64,000 nucleotides of DNA from Prevotellaceae bacterium (GTDB lineage Bacteria; Bacteroidota; Bacteroidia; Bacteroidales; Bacteroidaceae): NCBI GenBank assembly GCA_015256945.1, contig JABZLB010000007.1, forward strand, positions 19,732-83,731. Reading direction: 5' to 3'. Made by a program: the position numbers and the translations under genes. The notes beneath the pieces were generated by a model that saw only the letters and a program-made list of their open reading frames with translations, made no database searches and was not told the DNA's origin. Positions 28,502 through 39,308 of this stretch are shown piece by piece; position 1 is the first letter of the stretch; every line of letters starts with the position of its first letter.

Positions 28502-29701
28502 TTATTTCGACTGCATAGCCTTTACGAAACCTGCTGCCGTAGACTGCTTTTCGCCCAGCTTTGCCGTTTTCTTTATCTTCTCATAATATTGTTCTTCGGT
28601 GATGGGCTGTATCTTTTCGCCATCGGTAAGCTTCGTAATGCCGATACTTACATAGCGGTCGCCCACGCCCAGACCGTCAGTAACCACATAGTTTTTGCCG
28701 TCATCCTGCGGGTCTACCTGTATTTCTGTATAACGAACCTTGTTGTCAGAACCTACCTTATACACAAAAAACTTATCCTGAACACTTACTACTGCCTCCT
28801 GAGGTATGACGACAGCGTTGTTCGTTACCGTAGGAATGACAATTTGTCCTGCGCCTCCACTCTTCAGCAAATGGTCGGGATTGGGGAACCTTGCTATCAG
28901 TACATACGAACCTGTTGCGGGGTCGATTACGCCGCTCATCTTCACAACCTTACCCTGATGGTTATAAATTGAGCCATCGGCAAGCTTTAGTTTTACAGCA
29001 GGCATTGACGCAATGGCTGCGGCTGCACTACCCGATGTCTTAGTCATTGAAAGCATCTGACCCTCGTTCATCGAAAAATACACCTCCACAGATGAGATGT
29101 CTGACACGGTGGTAAGGGCATTAGAAGCACTTACTAACGCGCCTTTCTTAAAGGGTAAACTGCCTACAACACCTGCCGATGGGGCCTTAACGCTGCACCA
29201 TGCCAGCGTTTCCTTAGCCTGTGCAAGGGCTGCAGCGGCCTGGGCTACGGCAGCTTGGGCCGATGAATACGCGTTCTGGGCCGTAGTAAGCTCATATTGT
29301 CCGATGATATGCTGGTCGAAAAGTTTCTTATTATTAAGGTATGTTACATGGGCCGTATTGGCTTGTGTGCGTGCCGTATTGAGGGCAGCCTGTGCCTGTC
29401 GCACCGCCGAGCGGTATGTTTCGCTGTCAATTGTAAACATAACCTGACCCGCATTCACGCGCTGTCCTTCGTGAACGTAAACGGCTGTTATAAAGCCTGA
29501 CACCTTAGGACGGACGTCAACGTCCTGAATTCCTTTAATCGTGGCGGGATAAGTAGTCTGGAAATCGGCGCTCTGTGCGCCAACAGTGCGTACCGCAAAC
29601 AGGTTATCCTGCAAGTCGGCCAGACTGCCACCCTTCTTCTTTCCACAAGAAACGAGCGTCAGGGCCGCAATTGCAACAAATAAAAAACTTTTGATTTTCA
29701 T
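28502..29701 (-). CDS. RND efflux periplasmic adaptor (membrane fusion protein)
   Basis: Lipoprotein signal, HlyD/AcrA-like coiled-coil and barrel-sandwich motifs. Confidence 0.8.
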   Translation of the reverse strand: MKIKSFLFVAIAALTLVSCGKKKGGSLADLQDNLFAVRTVGAQSADFQTTYPATIKGIQDVDVRPKVSGFITAVYVHEGQRVNAGQVMFTIDSETYRSAVRQAQAALNTARTQANTAHVTYLNNKKLFDQHIIGQYELTTAQNAYSSAQAAVAQAAAALAQAKETLAWCSVKAPSAGVVGSLPFKKGALVSASNALTTVSDISSVEVYFSMNEGQMLSMTKTSGSAAAAIASMPAVKLKLADGSIYNHQGKVVKMSGVIDPATGSYVLIARFPNPDHLLKSGGAGQIVIPTVTNNAVVIPQEAVVSVQDKFFVYKVGSDNKVRYTEIQVDPQDDGKNYVVTDGLGVGDRYVSIGITKLTDGEKIQPITEEQYYEKIKKTAKLGEKQSTAAGFVKAMQSK

Positions 29702-30035
29702 ACCTTTTATGAATTGGATTTTTACACTTTTGAATCGTTTAACCTGAAAAGGGGGTCGAAAATAAAATAACTTCTCCCAATTCTACACAGCAAAGGTAAC
29801 AACATTTGCGATAATATAAAATTTTAAACGTAAGAGTTTAACATTAATTACCATGAAGTAAACGCGCGCGTGTGAGTACATTTTAAAGGAGACTATATTT
29901 CAAACAACGGCTGTTGTTACCACGAGTTATGGTGTAACGTCATTCAGATAACGTACAAATCGTGAATACTTAACGCCTGTTACGCAATGTCGTTATGCAA
30001 TAACATGGTGAGTTTTACGTTGTACAGTTCATGGT

Positions 30036-30123
30036 ACGACGAACGTCAGCAGCGCGTACGGCAGTTGTCGCACGATGTGTATGGCGGCCGTCAGCAACGC
30101 TGCCGACGGCCGCCATACTATGA
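30036..30123. repeat. GC-rich palindromic intergenic repeat (REP-like), copy C
   Basis: Contains the perfect stem GGCGGCCGTC-AGCAACGCTGCC-GACGGCCGCC and the GAACGTCAGCAGCGCGTACGGC module. ORF 29987-30244 is a repeat artefact. Confidence 0.7.
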
Positions 30124-30370
30124 ACAAAACAGCATAAACAATCATACATGGCCTCACAACCATTACAATTGTATGGTGAAAAGCCGGAAACTTTATGAAA
30201 TAAAGGGAAAAACGACAAGCTGCAGAACGACAGCCGGGGCTTAGAACAGGACGGGCAAAGCCATCCTGCATAAACCAGAAAAACGGAGACAGAGCAACTT
30301 CTTTACTCTTTCTCCGCCAGCCTTCTATTTTATTACGACATATTTTGCAAAGCCTTATATATCAACCCTT

Positions 30371-31897
30371 CTATGGCATTGCAATACCCATTTCGGCGGC
30401 CTTTTGCCTGAGCAACGCCATCAGTGGTTCGCGTTCGTTGGGCACACGGTTGTCGAGCACGGCATCTTTCAGTGCGGCTTTCAGCTCGCCCACCTCACGC
30501 GAAGGCTTTAAAGAGAACAGTTCCATAATTTCGTTACCATCAATACACGGCTGAAGCTCGCGCTTGTAATCGCGTTCTTTCAAGTCGGTTATTTTCTCAC
30601 GAACCAGCCTGAAGTTCTCAAGGAAGCGTGCTTTCTTCACACGATTCTTGCTCGTTATATCGGCTTCGCACAACATCATCAGGTCATCGATGTCGTCATC
30701 AGCGTCATTTACAAGACGACGTACGGCGCTGTCGGTTACCTCATCGTCAGCAATGGCAATGGGACGCATATGCAAATCGACCAGCTTTTGCACATACTTC
30801 ATCTTCGTATCCATCGGCAGCTTAAGGCGTCGAAAGATAACAGGAACCATTTTTGCCCCGATAAAGTTATGGTTGTGAAACGTCCACCCCAGGGCATTGT
30901 TCCACCGCTTGCTCCGCGTTTTGCCAATATCGTGCAGCAAGGCCGCCCATCGCAGCCATAGTTTGTGGGCTTCGAGGTGGTCAATATCGGCCTGTATCTG
31001 TATTTTTTCGGCATCATCGTCAGCCGTTTCAAGCCTCTTGTGCAGCTGTTCAAGATGGTTACGCTGGGCATTGCAAACGTTATCAAGCACCTCGAGCGTG
31101 TGATAGAAGTTGTTTTTGTGTGCCCGTCCATTGCGGGTTTCAACAATATCGAGGTCGGCCAGCTCTGGTAACAGGAGCCGTAGCAGTCCGCAACGGTGAA
31201 GGTCAACAAAGCCGCGACTCGGCTCTTCGGCAAGCATTATCTTGTTTAACTCCTCTTCTACTCGCTCGCCGCTGATTATTTTTATACGGTCTGCATGGCG
31301 TGAAAGCGCATCAAAAGTATTGTCTTCAATATAAAATTTAAGCTGGGTGGCAAATCTTATACAACGTAACATGCGCAGCGGATCGTCGCTAAAGGTGATG
31401 CTTGGGTCAAGCGGAGTGCATATAATACCGTCTTCAAGGTCGGCGATACCGTTGAAAGGGTCGACCAGCTGGCCAAATCTTTCACGGTTTAAACATACTG
31501 CAAGGGCATTGATTGTGAAGTCGCGGCGGTTCTGATCGTCCTCTAACGTACCGTCTTCAACATGTGGCTTTCGGCTGTCGTGGCTGTAACTCTCCTTGCG
31601 TGCGCCAACAAACTCAATCTCCTGCCCCCGATATTTTACCTGTGCCGTTCCAAAATTACGGAACACCGACAAAACAGCACGTTTCCCAAGACGCTCTTTA
31701 AGCCTCCGGGCTACGCCAATACCGCTGCCCACTACCACCACATCAATGTCGTTAGAAGGGCGTTCAAGGAACAGGTCGCGCACGTAGCCGCCCACCACAT
31801 AGCACTCAAGGCCGAGACTATCAGCGGCTTCAGAAATAGTATGAAAGATGTCTTTATCAAGGAGTTTCGCCAGTTCGGCATCGCTAAGTAATCGCAT
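30371..31897 (-). CDS. CCA-adding tRNA nucleotidyltransferase / poly(A) polymerase family protein with HD domain
   Basis: PolyA_pol head domain (GGYVRDLFL, DIDVVV) plus an HD/HDIG motif (LLHDIGK). The start is taken at MRLLSD. Confidence 0.7.
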   Translation of the reverse strand: MRLLSDAELAKLLDKDIFHTISEAADSLGLECYVVGGYVRDLFLERPSNDIDVVVVGSGIGVARRLKERLGKRAVLSVFRNFGTAQVKYRGQEIEFVGARKESYSHDSRKPHVEDGTLEDDQNRRDFTINALAVCLNRERFGQLVDPFNGIADLEDGIICTPLDPSITFSDDPLRMLRCIRFATQLKFYIEDNTFDALSRHADRIKIISGERVEEELNKIMLAEEPSRGFVDLHRCGLLRLLLPELADLDIVETRNGRAHKNNFYHTLEVLDNVCNAQRNHLEQLHKRLETADDDAEKIQIQADIDHLEAHKLWLRWAALLHDIGKTRSKRWNNALGWTFHNHNFIGAKMVPVIFRRLKLPMDTKMKYVQKLVDLHMRPIAIADDEVTDSAVRRLVNDADDDIDDLMMLCEADITSKNRVKKARFLENFRLVREKITDLKERDYKRELQPCIDGNEIMELFSLKPSREVGELKAALKDAVLDNRVPNEREPLMALLRQKAAEMGIAMP

Positions 31898-32009
31898 GGT
31901 ATATCCCGTTATATCGTATAAAAGCAACTGCAAAGGTAGCAATAAAATATATATACGCTATGACGAATACCGAATTAATTGCTATCTTTGCACACGTTAA
32001 ACCACAGTT

Positions 32010-32411
32010 ATGAAACCGTTTTTTTTGCTTTTCACAGCCCTTTTGCTGGCATCGTGCCAGTTCTCGCCCGACGAGCAGGCAGCCCGGGCCTTACAACGCA
32101 TCGACTCGCTGTACGCATCGCACAACTATCAGGCCACGCTCAATGCCATACGGCAGCTTCGTGACCAGTACCCCAGAGCCATAAAGGCGCGTGAAAAAGC
32201 GCTGAAAATATGGCAGGAAGCCTCTTTAAAGATGACCCAACAGGAAATAGGACTTACCGATTCGGCCCTTCAGGCAGTTACCGCACAGTGGAAAACCGAA
32301 CAGAATATAGGCCGGCGCAACAGGCTTCGCGCACAAATCGATTCGCTGCAAGTGCGTTACGACGCCCTCTGTGGCACGGTAAGGGTTATACACAGGAGGC
32401 AGAGAGAGTAA
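32010..32411 (+). CDS. Hypothetical lipoprotein
   Basis: Signal peptide ending LLASC. Its TAA stop overlaps the ATG of the next gene (TAATG). Confidence 0.4.
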   Translation: MKPFFLLFTALLLASCQFSPDEQAARALQRIDSLYASHNYQATLNAIRQLRDQYPRAIKAREKALKIWQEASLKMTQQEIGLTDSALQAVTAQWKTEQNIGRRNRLRAQIDSLQVRYDALCGTVRVIHRRQRE

Positions 32412-33034
32412 TGACAAGCCTGCGAAAGTTACTGCAAAAAAGCACGGATATGAATAAATTTAGTAACTTTGCAAACAGTATGGCAGAACAAAATACAGAA
32501 CAACAGTTCAGAGAGGTGATGGCAGAATGCCGTGACCTGTTTGCCAAGAAGCTGCACGACTATGGTGCTTCATGGCGTATCATGCGGCCTTCATCGTTAA
32601 CCGACCAGCTCTTTATTAAGGCAAAGCGCATCCGTTCGCTCGGCATCTCGGGCCAGTCGCTTGTGGGAGAAGGTATCAGACCAGAGTTCATCGCCCTGGT
32701 TAACTATGGTATCATCGGTTTGATACAGCTCGACATGGAACCTACTACACGTGTAGACATCACGGCCGACGATGCTCTTGCACTGTATGATCACCATGCA
32801 AATGAGGCCCGAACGCTGATGATGAAGAAGAATCACGATTATGGCGAAGCGTGGAGAGATATGAGAGTGAGCAGCTATACCGACTTAATCCTCACCAAGA
32901 TAGCCAGAATAAAAGAGCTTGAAGACCAGAACGGCCAGGCCATCGTATCGGAAGGCATCGATGCTAATTATCAGGATATTATCAATTATGCCGTGTTTGG
33001 AGCCATCAGGCTGAAAGAAAATTCGCGGCATTAA
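32411..33034 (+). CDS. DUF1599-family protein
   Basis: The internal start MTSLRK is coupled to the upstream stop. The longer 274-aa ORF from 32210 overlaps the lipoprotein gene out of frame and is rejected. Confidence 0.5.
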   Translation: MTSLRKLLQKSTDMNKFSNFANSMAEQNTEQQFREVMAECRDLFAKKLHDYGASWRIMRPSSLTDQLFIKAKRIRSLGISGQSLVGEGIRPEFIALVNYGIIGLIQLDMEPTTRVDITADDALALYDHHANEARTLMMKKNHDYGEAWRDMRVSSYTDLILTKIARIKELEDQNGQAIVSEGIDANYQDIINYAVFGAIRLKENSRH

Positions 33035-33054
33035 CGAGAAACGCAAGCAGAAGC

Positions 33055-34497
33055 GTGGAACAAAATACAGCAAACAACAACATAACGCCACCGGCTGCCT
33101 GTTGTAAACACGACATGGCAGGCCCGTTAACGCTGAAACAAAGGCTCGGCAGGTACGGGGTAAACCTTTGTCGTCTGGTGCTCGGTATGGTGTTTGTATT
33201 CTCAGGTTTCGTCAAAGCCATCGACCCTTTAGGCACGCAATACAAGATTCAGGAGTACTTAGCGGCCATAGGTTTGGGCGGCATGATACCCGATTTGCTG
33301 ACACTGGGCACATCGATTGCGTTGTCGGCGGTAGAGTTCTGCCTCGGAATTTTTGTGCTTTTTGCCATTCGTCGCAGACTCTGTGCGAAAATCATGCTGG
33401 TATTTATGGGTGGCATGACGCTGATAAGCCTTTGGTTAGCCCTGTTCAATCCGGTGACCGACTGTGGCTGTTTCGGCGATGCCGTCAGGCTTTCAAATCA
33501 GCAGACACTGATAAAAGACCTGATATTGATGGTGCCTGCCATCGTTTTGTGGCGATGGCCATTGAAGATGTACAGGTTCATATCGAGGTCCAGCCAGTGG
33601 ATAGCCATCAATTTTACCATCCTTTTTATATTGATAACAAGCCTCTACTGCCTGTATAAGCTGCCCGTTTTTGATTTCAGGCCCTACCATGTAGGCGCAG
33701 ATATAAAGAAAGGTATGCAAATACCGGAAGGCGCTGAGCAGCCTAAGTTTGTTACTTCATTCCTTATGGAGAAGAACGGTGTGCGCAAAGAGTTCAGCCT
33801 TGACAATTATCCCGACTCGACATGGCAGTTTATTGACTCAAAGACAACGCAAATATCGGAAGGCTATGTGCCTCCAATTCACGACTTTTCCATACAGGCA
33901 TCCGAAGGCGATGACATCACAGACAGCGTGCTTTCACGACGCGGTTATACGTTCCTGCTGATTTCACCGAATCTGGATAAGGCCGATGACGGCGACTTTG
34001 GAGCCATAGATGCGCTGTACGAATACGCCAGAGAACAGGGCGTTCCATTCTATTGTCTTACCGCCTCAACAGAAGAAGCCATCAGGCATTGGGAAGATAT
34101 TACGGGCGCAGAATATCCATTTTATATCACCGATGAAACGACGTTGAAGACCATTATCCGCAGTAATCCCGGACTGTTATTGCTGAAAAACGGCGTGGTG
34201 ATAGGCAAATGGAGCCACAACGACCTGCCAGCGGCCGATGATTTACAAGGTCCGCTGGAGAAAACAACGATAGGACGGATGCCTGATGACAGCGTAGGAA
34301 AGACAATTACACAGGTTTTACTGTGGTTCTTCCTGCCGCTGATACTGCTCACTTTCGCCGATCGCACATGGGCATGGAGCAAGTATGTAAGACTGAAAAT
34401 AAAGCAAGAGAAGCAGTTTATTGAAGAAAAAACCGAACAAATAGAAAATACATCCAACAAAATTATATCAACTTTTAAAAAAGAAAAGAACAAATGA
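33055..34497 (+). CDS. DoxX-like membrane protein with a large C-terminal soluble domain (BT_3928-like family)
   Basis: N-terminal 4-TM DoxX-like region, then a second membrane segment and a cytoplasmic or periplasmic domain. It overlaps the tpiA start (ATGA). Confidence 0.45.
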   Translation: MEQNTANNNITPPAACCKHDMAGPLTLKQRLGRYGVNLCRLVLGMVFVFSGFVKAIDPLGTQYKIQEYLAAIGLGGMIPDLLTLGTSIALSAVEFCLGIFVLFAIRRRLCAKIMLVFMGGMTLISLWLALFNPVTDCGCFGDAVRLSNQQTLIKDLILMVPAIVLWRWPLKMYRFISRSSQWIAINFTILFILITSLYCLYKLPVFDFRPYHVGADIKKGMQIPEGAEQPKFVTSFLMEKNGVRKEFSLDNYPDSTWQFIDSKTTQISEGYVPPIHDFSIQASEGDDITDSVLSRRGYTFLLISPNLDKADDGDFGAIDALYEYAREQGVPFYCLTASTEEAIRHWEDITGAEYPFYITDETTLKTIIRSNPGLLLLKNGVVIGKWSHNDLPAADDLQGPLEKTTIGRMPDDSVGKTITQVLLWFFLPLILLTFADRTWAWSKYVRLKIKQEKQFIEEKTEQIENTSNKIISTFKKEKNK

Positions 34498-35255
34498 GAA
34501 AGAAAATTGTTGCAGGAAACTGGAAGATGAACGAAAACCTGCAGGAGGGTGTAGCCCTCGCAAAGGAGATCAATGAAGCGTTAAAGGCCGACAAACCCAA
34601 TTGTGACGTTGTAATTTGCACGCCATTTATCCACCTCGCAAGCGTGGCATCGGTACTCGATGAAAGCGTGGTTAAGCTGGGTGCAGAGAACTGTGCCGAC
34701 AAGGAAAAAGGCGCATTCACAGGCGAAGTTTCCGCAGCCATGGTTAAATCAACGGGTGCACAGTATGTCATTCTTGGACATTCAGAGCGCCGTCAGTATT
34801 ATAACGAGACTGCAGAAATACTGAAAGAGAAGGTAAAACTGGCGCTGGCCAACGGTCTTAAAATCATTTTCTGCTGTGGAGAAACCCTGGAAGAGCGCGA
34901 ATCAAACAGGCAAAACGAAGTAGTTAAGGCTGAACTCGATGGCTCTGTATTCAATCTTTCTGCCGACGAATGGAAAAATATTGTGCTCGCTTACGAGCCA
35001 ATCTGGGCTATTGGCACGGGTAAAACCGCTACCTCTGAGCAAGCAGAGGAGATGCTTGCTTACATTCGCTCTATCGTTGCAGAGAAGTATGGCAAGGACG
35101 TTGCTGAAGAAACATCCATCCTTTATGGTGGTTCTTGCAAGGCAAGCAATGCTCCTGAACTGTTCTCTAAGCCGAATATCGATGGCGGTTTAATCGGTGG
35201 TGCTTCATTAAAGTGTGCTGATTTCAAGGGCATTATTGACGCCTGGAAGAAATAA
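34494..35255 (+). CDS. tpiA: Triosephosphate isomerase
   Basis: Begins [13 protein letters not shown] and contains [11 protein letters not shown] and GGSxK. Confidence 0.9.
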   Translation: MRKKIVAGNWKMNENLQEGVALAKEINEALKADKPNCDVVICTPFIHLASVASVLDESVVKLGAENCADKEKGAFTGEVSAAMVKSTGAQYVILGHSERRQYYNETAEILKEKVKLALANGLKIIFCCGETLEERESNRQNEVVKAELDGSVFNLSADEWKNIVLAYEPIWAIGTGKTATSEQAEEMLAYIRSIVAEKYGKDVAEETSILYGGSCKASNAPELFSKPNIDGGLIGGASLKCADFKGIIDAWKK

Positions 35256-35267
35256 TACTGTATAATT

Positions 35268-35318
35268 GCCGGCCCCCGGGTACGCCATCATCATGTAACG
35301 GTGATGCCCCGGGGCCGA
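35268..35318 (+). terminator. GC-rich stem-loop downstream of tpiA
   Basis: CGGCCCCCGGG ... CCCGGGGGCCG arms with a 26-nt loop. Confidence 0.4.
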
Positions 35319-35328
35319 CTTTCTGATC

Positions 35329-35395
35329 ATATCATTATTCTATTTAGATAATACCATTATCCTATTTAGATAATATCATTACTCTATTTAATTGA
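35329..35395. repeat. Three tandem ~20-bp repeats (CATTATYCTATTTAGATAATA) upstream of the SPOR gene
   Basis: attattctatttagataata / ccattatcctatttagataata / tcattactctatttaattga. Confidence 0.5.
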
Positions 35396-35398
35396 TTT

Positions 35399-36157
35399 AT
35401 GAAAAGATTTGTCCTTTTCTTTGCATCCGTTCTTTGTATTATCATGACGGCTCATGCACAGACTTATACCGAACACGTGCAACAACGGCAGCGCGGTAAG
35501 GGCACCGTTACCATTACACAAAGCAAGGAAATTGACGATATTGTGAACGGAACAGTCACCGTTAACACTGAAAAAACAACCACCCCACTACGCAAGCCTG
35601 ACGCTGTTACGACAGGTAAGAAACCACAACAGCCCCAAACCACAACACGTCCACAACAGCAGGACGACAGGAAAACAACACGAAAGGATACAGACAAGAC
35701 CGTTCGCGAACCCGAAAAAGCCCCACGAGATAAAGCTCGTGAGACACAAAAAGACGAAAATAAGAAAGCCAACGACGAGCCTCGAAAGGCCGATGACAAC
35801 AAACATACAGAAGCAAACCGTACACAACAGGACGACGACAACGAGTTTTCCATACCTACTGTGGACATGCGTAAGAAGGTAATGCGCCACAGTTACAAGG
35901 TAACGGGCTACCGTGTACAGGCTTTTGCCGGTGGCAATACACGCAACGACAAGAACCGTGCCCAGCAAATCGGCAATGCAATTAAAATGAATTTCCCCGA
36001 CCAGCCGGTGTATGTCCACTTCTATTCTCCCCGTTGGATTTGCCGTGTAGGCAATTTTCGCTCATTGCCAGAGGCTGAACGTATGCTGAAAGAGGTCAAA
36101 GCCATGGGCTATCACTCGGCTACAATAGTAAAGGGTAAGATTTCAGTGATGTATTAA
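35399..36157 (+). CDS. SPOR-domain protein with a low-complexity basic/acidic linker
   Basis: Signal peptide, Q/P/T/K/D-rich linker, and C-terminal SPOR fold (YRVQAFAGGNTRNDKNRAQQIGNAI...). Confidence 0.65.
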   Translation: MKRFVLFFASVLCIIMTAHAQTYTEHVQQRQRGKGTVTITQSKEIDDIVNGTVTVNTEKTTTPLRKPDAVTTGKKPQQPQTTTRPQQQDDRKTTRKDTDKTVREPEKAPRDKARETQKDENKKANDEPRKADDNKHTEANRTQQDDDNEFSIPTVDMRKKVMRHSYKVTGYRVQAFAGGNTRNDKNRAQQIGNAIKMNFPDQPVYVHFYSPRWICRVGNFRSLPEAERMLKEVKAMGYHSATIVKGKISVMY

Positions 36158-36292
36158 TACGGTGTCGTTTCTGCGCGATTATCATTTTGTAGACGCACGA
36201 AAACGATGCCATCACGGCACGAATACAACGCCAGCCATATATTATTAAGGTATTCATACCACAATAATACAACAAAATTACAATACGATTAT

Positions 36293-36886
36293 ATGAATCC
36301 GGAAACAGAATTCAGAAACGGTCTTGATGAGATGGCATCGCATTATCGCGCCATCCTCGACCTTATCGGTGAAGCTCCCGAGCGTGAAGGACTGCTCAAA
36401 ACGCCGATGCGTGTAGCAAAAGCCATGCAAATTCTGACACGTGGCTACACACAAGACCCGCACAAAGTGCTTACAGACGCCCTGTTTGAGGAAAAATACG
36501 ACCAGATGGTAATTGTTAAAGACATCGACTTTTTTTCGATGTGTGAACACCATTTGCTCCCTTTCTACGGCAAAGCACATGTGGCTTACATTCCCGACGG
36601 GCACATAACGGGTCTCAGTAAGGTTGCACGCGTCGTCGATATATTCTCTCATCGTTTGCAGGTTCAGGAACGACTGACACAACAAATCAAGGATTGCATC
36701 AACGATACACTAAAGCCTCAGGGCGTAATGGTGGTGTTGGAGGCCAAGCATATGTGCATGCAGATGCGCGGTGTAGAGAAGCAAAACAGCATCACTACGA
36801 CGAGCGCGTACAGCGGTGTCTTCGATTCGGCCAAGGTTCGTGAGGAGTTTATGAGTCTGCTCAGGGGAGAATCGAAGCGCATTTAA
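36293..36886 (+). CDS. folE: GTP cyclohydrolase I
   Basis: FolE motifs ([34 protein letters not shown]). The start is taken at MNPETE. Confidence 0.9.
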   Translation: MNPETEFRNGLDEMASHYRAILDLIGEAPEREGLLKTPMRVAKAMQILTRGYTQDPHKVLTDALFEEKYDQMVIVKDIDFFSMCEHHLLPFYGKAHVAYIPDGHITGLSKVARVVDIFSHRLQVQERLTQQIKDCINDTLKPQGVMVVLEAKHMCMQMRGVEKQNSITTTSAYSGVFDSAKVREEFMSLLRGESKRI

Positions 36887-37136
36887 AGTGCTAGCATATT
36901 AATTTGACTGTACAATAACAACCTCTCTAAAGTATATTTGTACGAAAACCAAAACGCCCTTGCCATAACATAAAAAAAGGAAGACAAGAGCTTTAAAACA
37001 GAATTTTGGACAGCGCACATGCTTATCCAGAATAGTTTACAAAAGTTTTGCACGAAAATCAAACACCAATTTAACGAGTATTTCGCTACAAATACAGTTT
37101 CTTCAAAGAGTTTTTCCAACCGATTTACATCAGAAT

Positions 37137-37940
37137 ATGAAGTTCATTTCATGGAATGTCAACGGCCTTCGCGCTTGTGTCAAGGTAAAAACTGACGACG
37201 AAGGCAACGTAACCAGCAAGGGATTTGAAGCCTATTTCAACGATTTAAATGCCGATTTCTTCTGTCTTCAGGAGACGAAGATGCAGGAAGGTCAGCTCGA
37301 TTTGCAGTTTGACGGCTATCGTTCGTATTGGAATTACGCCGACAAAAAAGGCTATTCGGGCACGGCTATCTATGCCAGGCACGAGCCTTTGTCGGTAAAA
37401 TACGGCATGGATATGGACGAACACGACCACGAAGGCCGCGTCATTACGCTCGAATATGACAAGTTTTTCCTCGTCACTGTGTACACACCCAACTCGCAGG
37501 ATGCCGAAGTAAAAGGCGGAAAACCCCGCCGTCTGCCCTACCGTATGCAATGGGAGGACGACTTCAGGGCTTATCTTCTTTCGCTCGATAAGGTTAAACC
37601 CGTCATCGTTTGCGGAGACATGAATGTGGCTCACAACGAAATCGACCTGAAAAACCCCAGGACAAACCGCAACAATGCAGGCTTTACCGACGAGGAACGC
37701 GAAAAGATGACCGAACTTCTCAACAGTGGTTTCATCGATACTTTCCGCCAGTTACATCCCGAAGACGTCACATACAGCTGGTGGAGCTATCGTTTTCGCA
37801 GTCGCGAAAAGAACGCAGGATGGCGCATTGACTATTTTATTGCATCCGAACGACTGCTGCCTTCCATCTCGTCGGCAAGCATACACACCGAAATTTACGG
37901 CAGCGACCATTGCCCTGTGGAGGTAGATATTGACCTGTAA
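37137..37940 (+). CDS. xth: Exodeoxyribonuclease III
   Basis: Begins MKFISWNVNGLRA and contains the ExoIII motifs D.FCLQETK and SDHCPV. Confidence 0.85.
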   Translation: MKFISWNVNGLRACVKVKTDDEGNVTSKGFEAYFNDLNADFFCLQETKMQEGQLDLQFDGYRSYWNYADKKGYSGTAIYARHEPLSVKYGMDMDEHDHEGRVITLEYDKFFLVTVYTPNSQDAEVKGGKPRRLPYRMQWEDDFRAYLLSLDKVKPVIVCGDMNVAHNEIDLKNPRTNRNNAGFTDEEREKMTELLNSGFIDTFRQLHPEDVTYSWWSYRFRSREKNAGWRIDYFIASERLLPSISSASIHTEIYGSDHCPVEVDIDL

Positions 37941-38280
37941 ACAACGCTGAAGGAACACCATAAAAGTACCATCCGCCGACAATAACATATTTGTTGCAGC
38001 AGGATACAGACACTGATCATAGGCCGTAACACGCCTATACCGCTTGCTATACATGCCAACACCACAGGCTTAATGTGGCAGCAGCCACAGCACAATGCGG
38101 TAACGTATGCGGCGCTACCTGCCTGTGCATACAGCTCTACACGCTTAAACAGGCTCCATAAAAACATAAACGGGATAAGCATACCCTGATGCTTATCCCG
38201 TTTTCTATTGTTATCAACTAAAAAGGTCTGCATTCTCACGAACACAGACCGACGATTTTCTTATGAGAAAAAAATAGTAT

Positions 38281-38793
38281 TTATTGTAAGAGAGATGCTA
38301 TTTCGCTTACGGGACGCCTTTCCTGGCTGCCGTCCTGGCGTGTAATCATAAAGTAATCGTATACCGAACGGCCTTGCTTATAAACAACAACGGCTACACC
38401 TCCATCCCTCATCTGAAGCGTAAAATAGCCGTTTCGCTTGCCGTCAACATACTTACCGCGCAGCTTTTCACGCCCATTGACGTAATAAGTAGTCACTTCT
38501 CCGTTGAGAACGGTATTGTTATCGTTGTTCAAATCAATAAAGTTGTAGCCGCCTTCAGCACGCAGGGTTCCGTCCATATAAAAGTCCTGAAACACGTCTT
38601 CCTTTGTCATACCGTTGCCTTGCACCTTTAACAGCCTGTAATAACCGGCCTCGTCCGAACTGTTTACGCGCTGATGGTTTGCACCATAAAACAACGTATC
38701 GGCAACCACTACGGCATTTTCACTAACACGTGTACGGCCAAAGCCTGAAACGGTTAACAACAACATCATGCTAACTAAAACTATCTTCTTCAT
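38281..38793 (-). CDS. Secreted MORN/YwqK-like repeat protein
   Basis: Signal peptide. Repeated G.Y..Y..G motifs of the MORN-variant (YwqK antitoxin-like) type. Confidence 0.4.
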   Translation of the reverse strand: MKKIVLVSMMLLLTVSGFGRTRVSENAVVVADTLFYGANHQRVNSSDEAGYYRLLKVQGNGMTKEDVFQDFYMDGTLRAEGGYNFIDLNNDNNTVLNGEVTTYYVNGREKLRGKYVDGKRNGYFTLQMRDGGVAVVVYKQGRSVYDYFMITRQDGSQERRPVSEIASLLQ

Positions 38794-39177
38794 TTTTTAA
38801 AAGCTTAAGAGTTATATTTATTCTTGTTTTATGTCACAAATATAGATAAAACTTATCAAAGGTTGTTCAGATTTTAACGTTATTTTATCATTATTTTTCA
38901 TCAAAAAATAAACTGTAATCCATTGCCTCACTTTTGATATGAAATTATAATAAAACCGTCCGTTATCTTACACTTTGCAAAACGCGTTGGCTAAAAACAA
39001 CGACAACCAAGGTGTATTACTTACATTATGCTACTTTTATACTATAAACCATCCCATGCAAAAAGACATAAAAACAGAGAAATTGAAATATAATTACAAT
39101 CAATGTGTAAAATATTTTGATTTTGTTGTCAACTTGATTTAAATCAATTTACTTTACTGTCACTTTGTAAATCAAAC

Positions 39178-39212
39178 GTGCCCGTTTTGTCACAATTCGA
39201 CAAAACGGGCAC
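39178..39212 (-). terminator. Rho-independent terminator for the 39309-40433 gene
   Basis: GTGCCCGTTTTGTC-ACAATTC-GACAAAACGGGCAC: perfect 14-bp stem with a T-rich tail on the minus strand. Confidence 0.55.
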
Positions 39213-39308
39213 CATTATTTTATGATGTACATGAAACTGTGTTTAAACCATCAGCAAATATCACTTCATACACCAGCTCATACAACGCTATTCATCCGGC
39301 AACGCCCA

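Noticed and set aside
22925-29701. lpxA as part of an LPS-biosynthesis cluster with the RND efflux operon
   Set aside because: lpxA simply follows the MFP-RND-OMF operon on the same strand. No lpxC/fabZ/lpxD neighbours are present, so this is adjacency, not a functional system.
32210-33034. Long 274-aa version of the DUF1599 ORF
   Set aside because: Its first 67 codons overlap the upstream lipoprotein gene in another frame. The internal ATG at 32411 overlaps that gene's stop (TAATG) and gives a typical DUF1599 length.
35464-36019. Minus-strand ORFs of 134, 143 and 72 aa within the SPOR-domain gene
   Set aside because: They arise from the repetitive, low-complexity linker of the SPOR gene. 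The plus-strand gene has a signal peptide and a SPOR domain.
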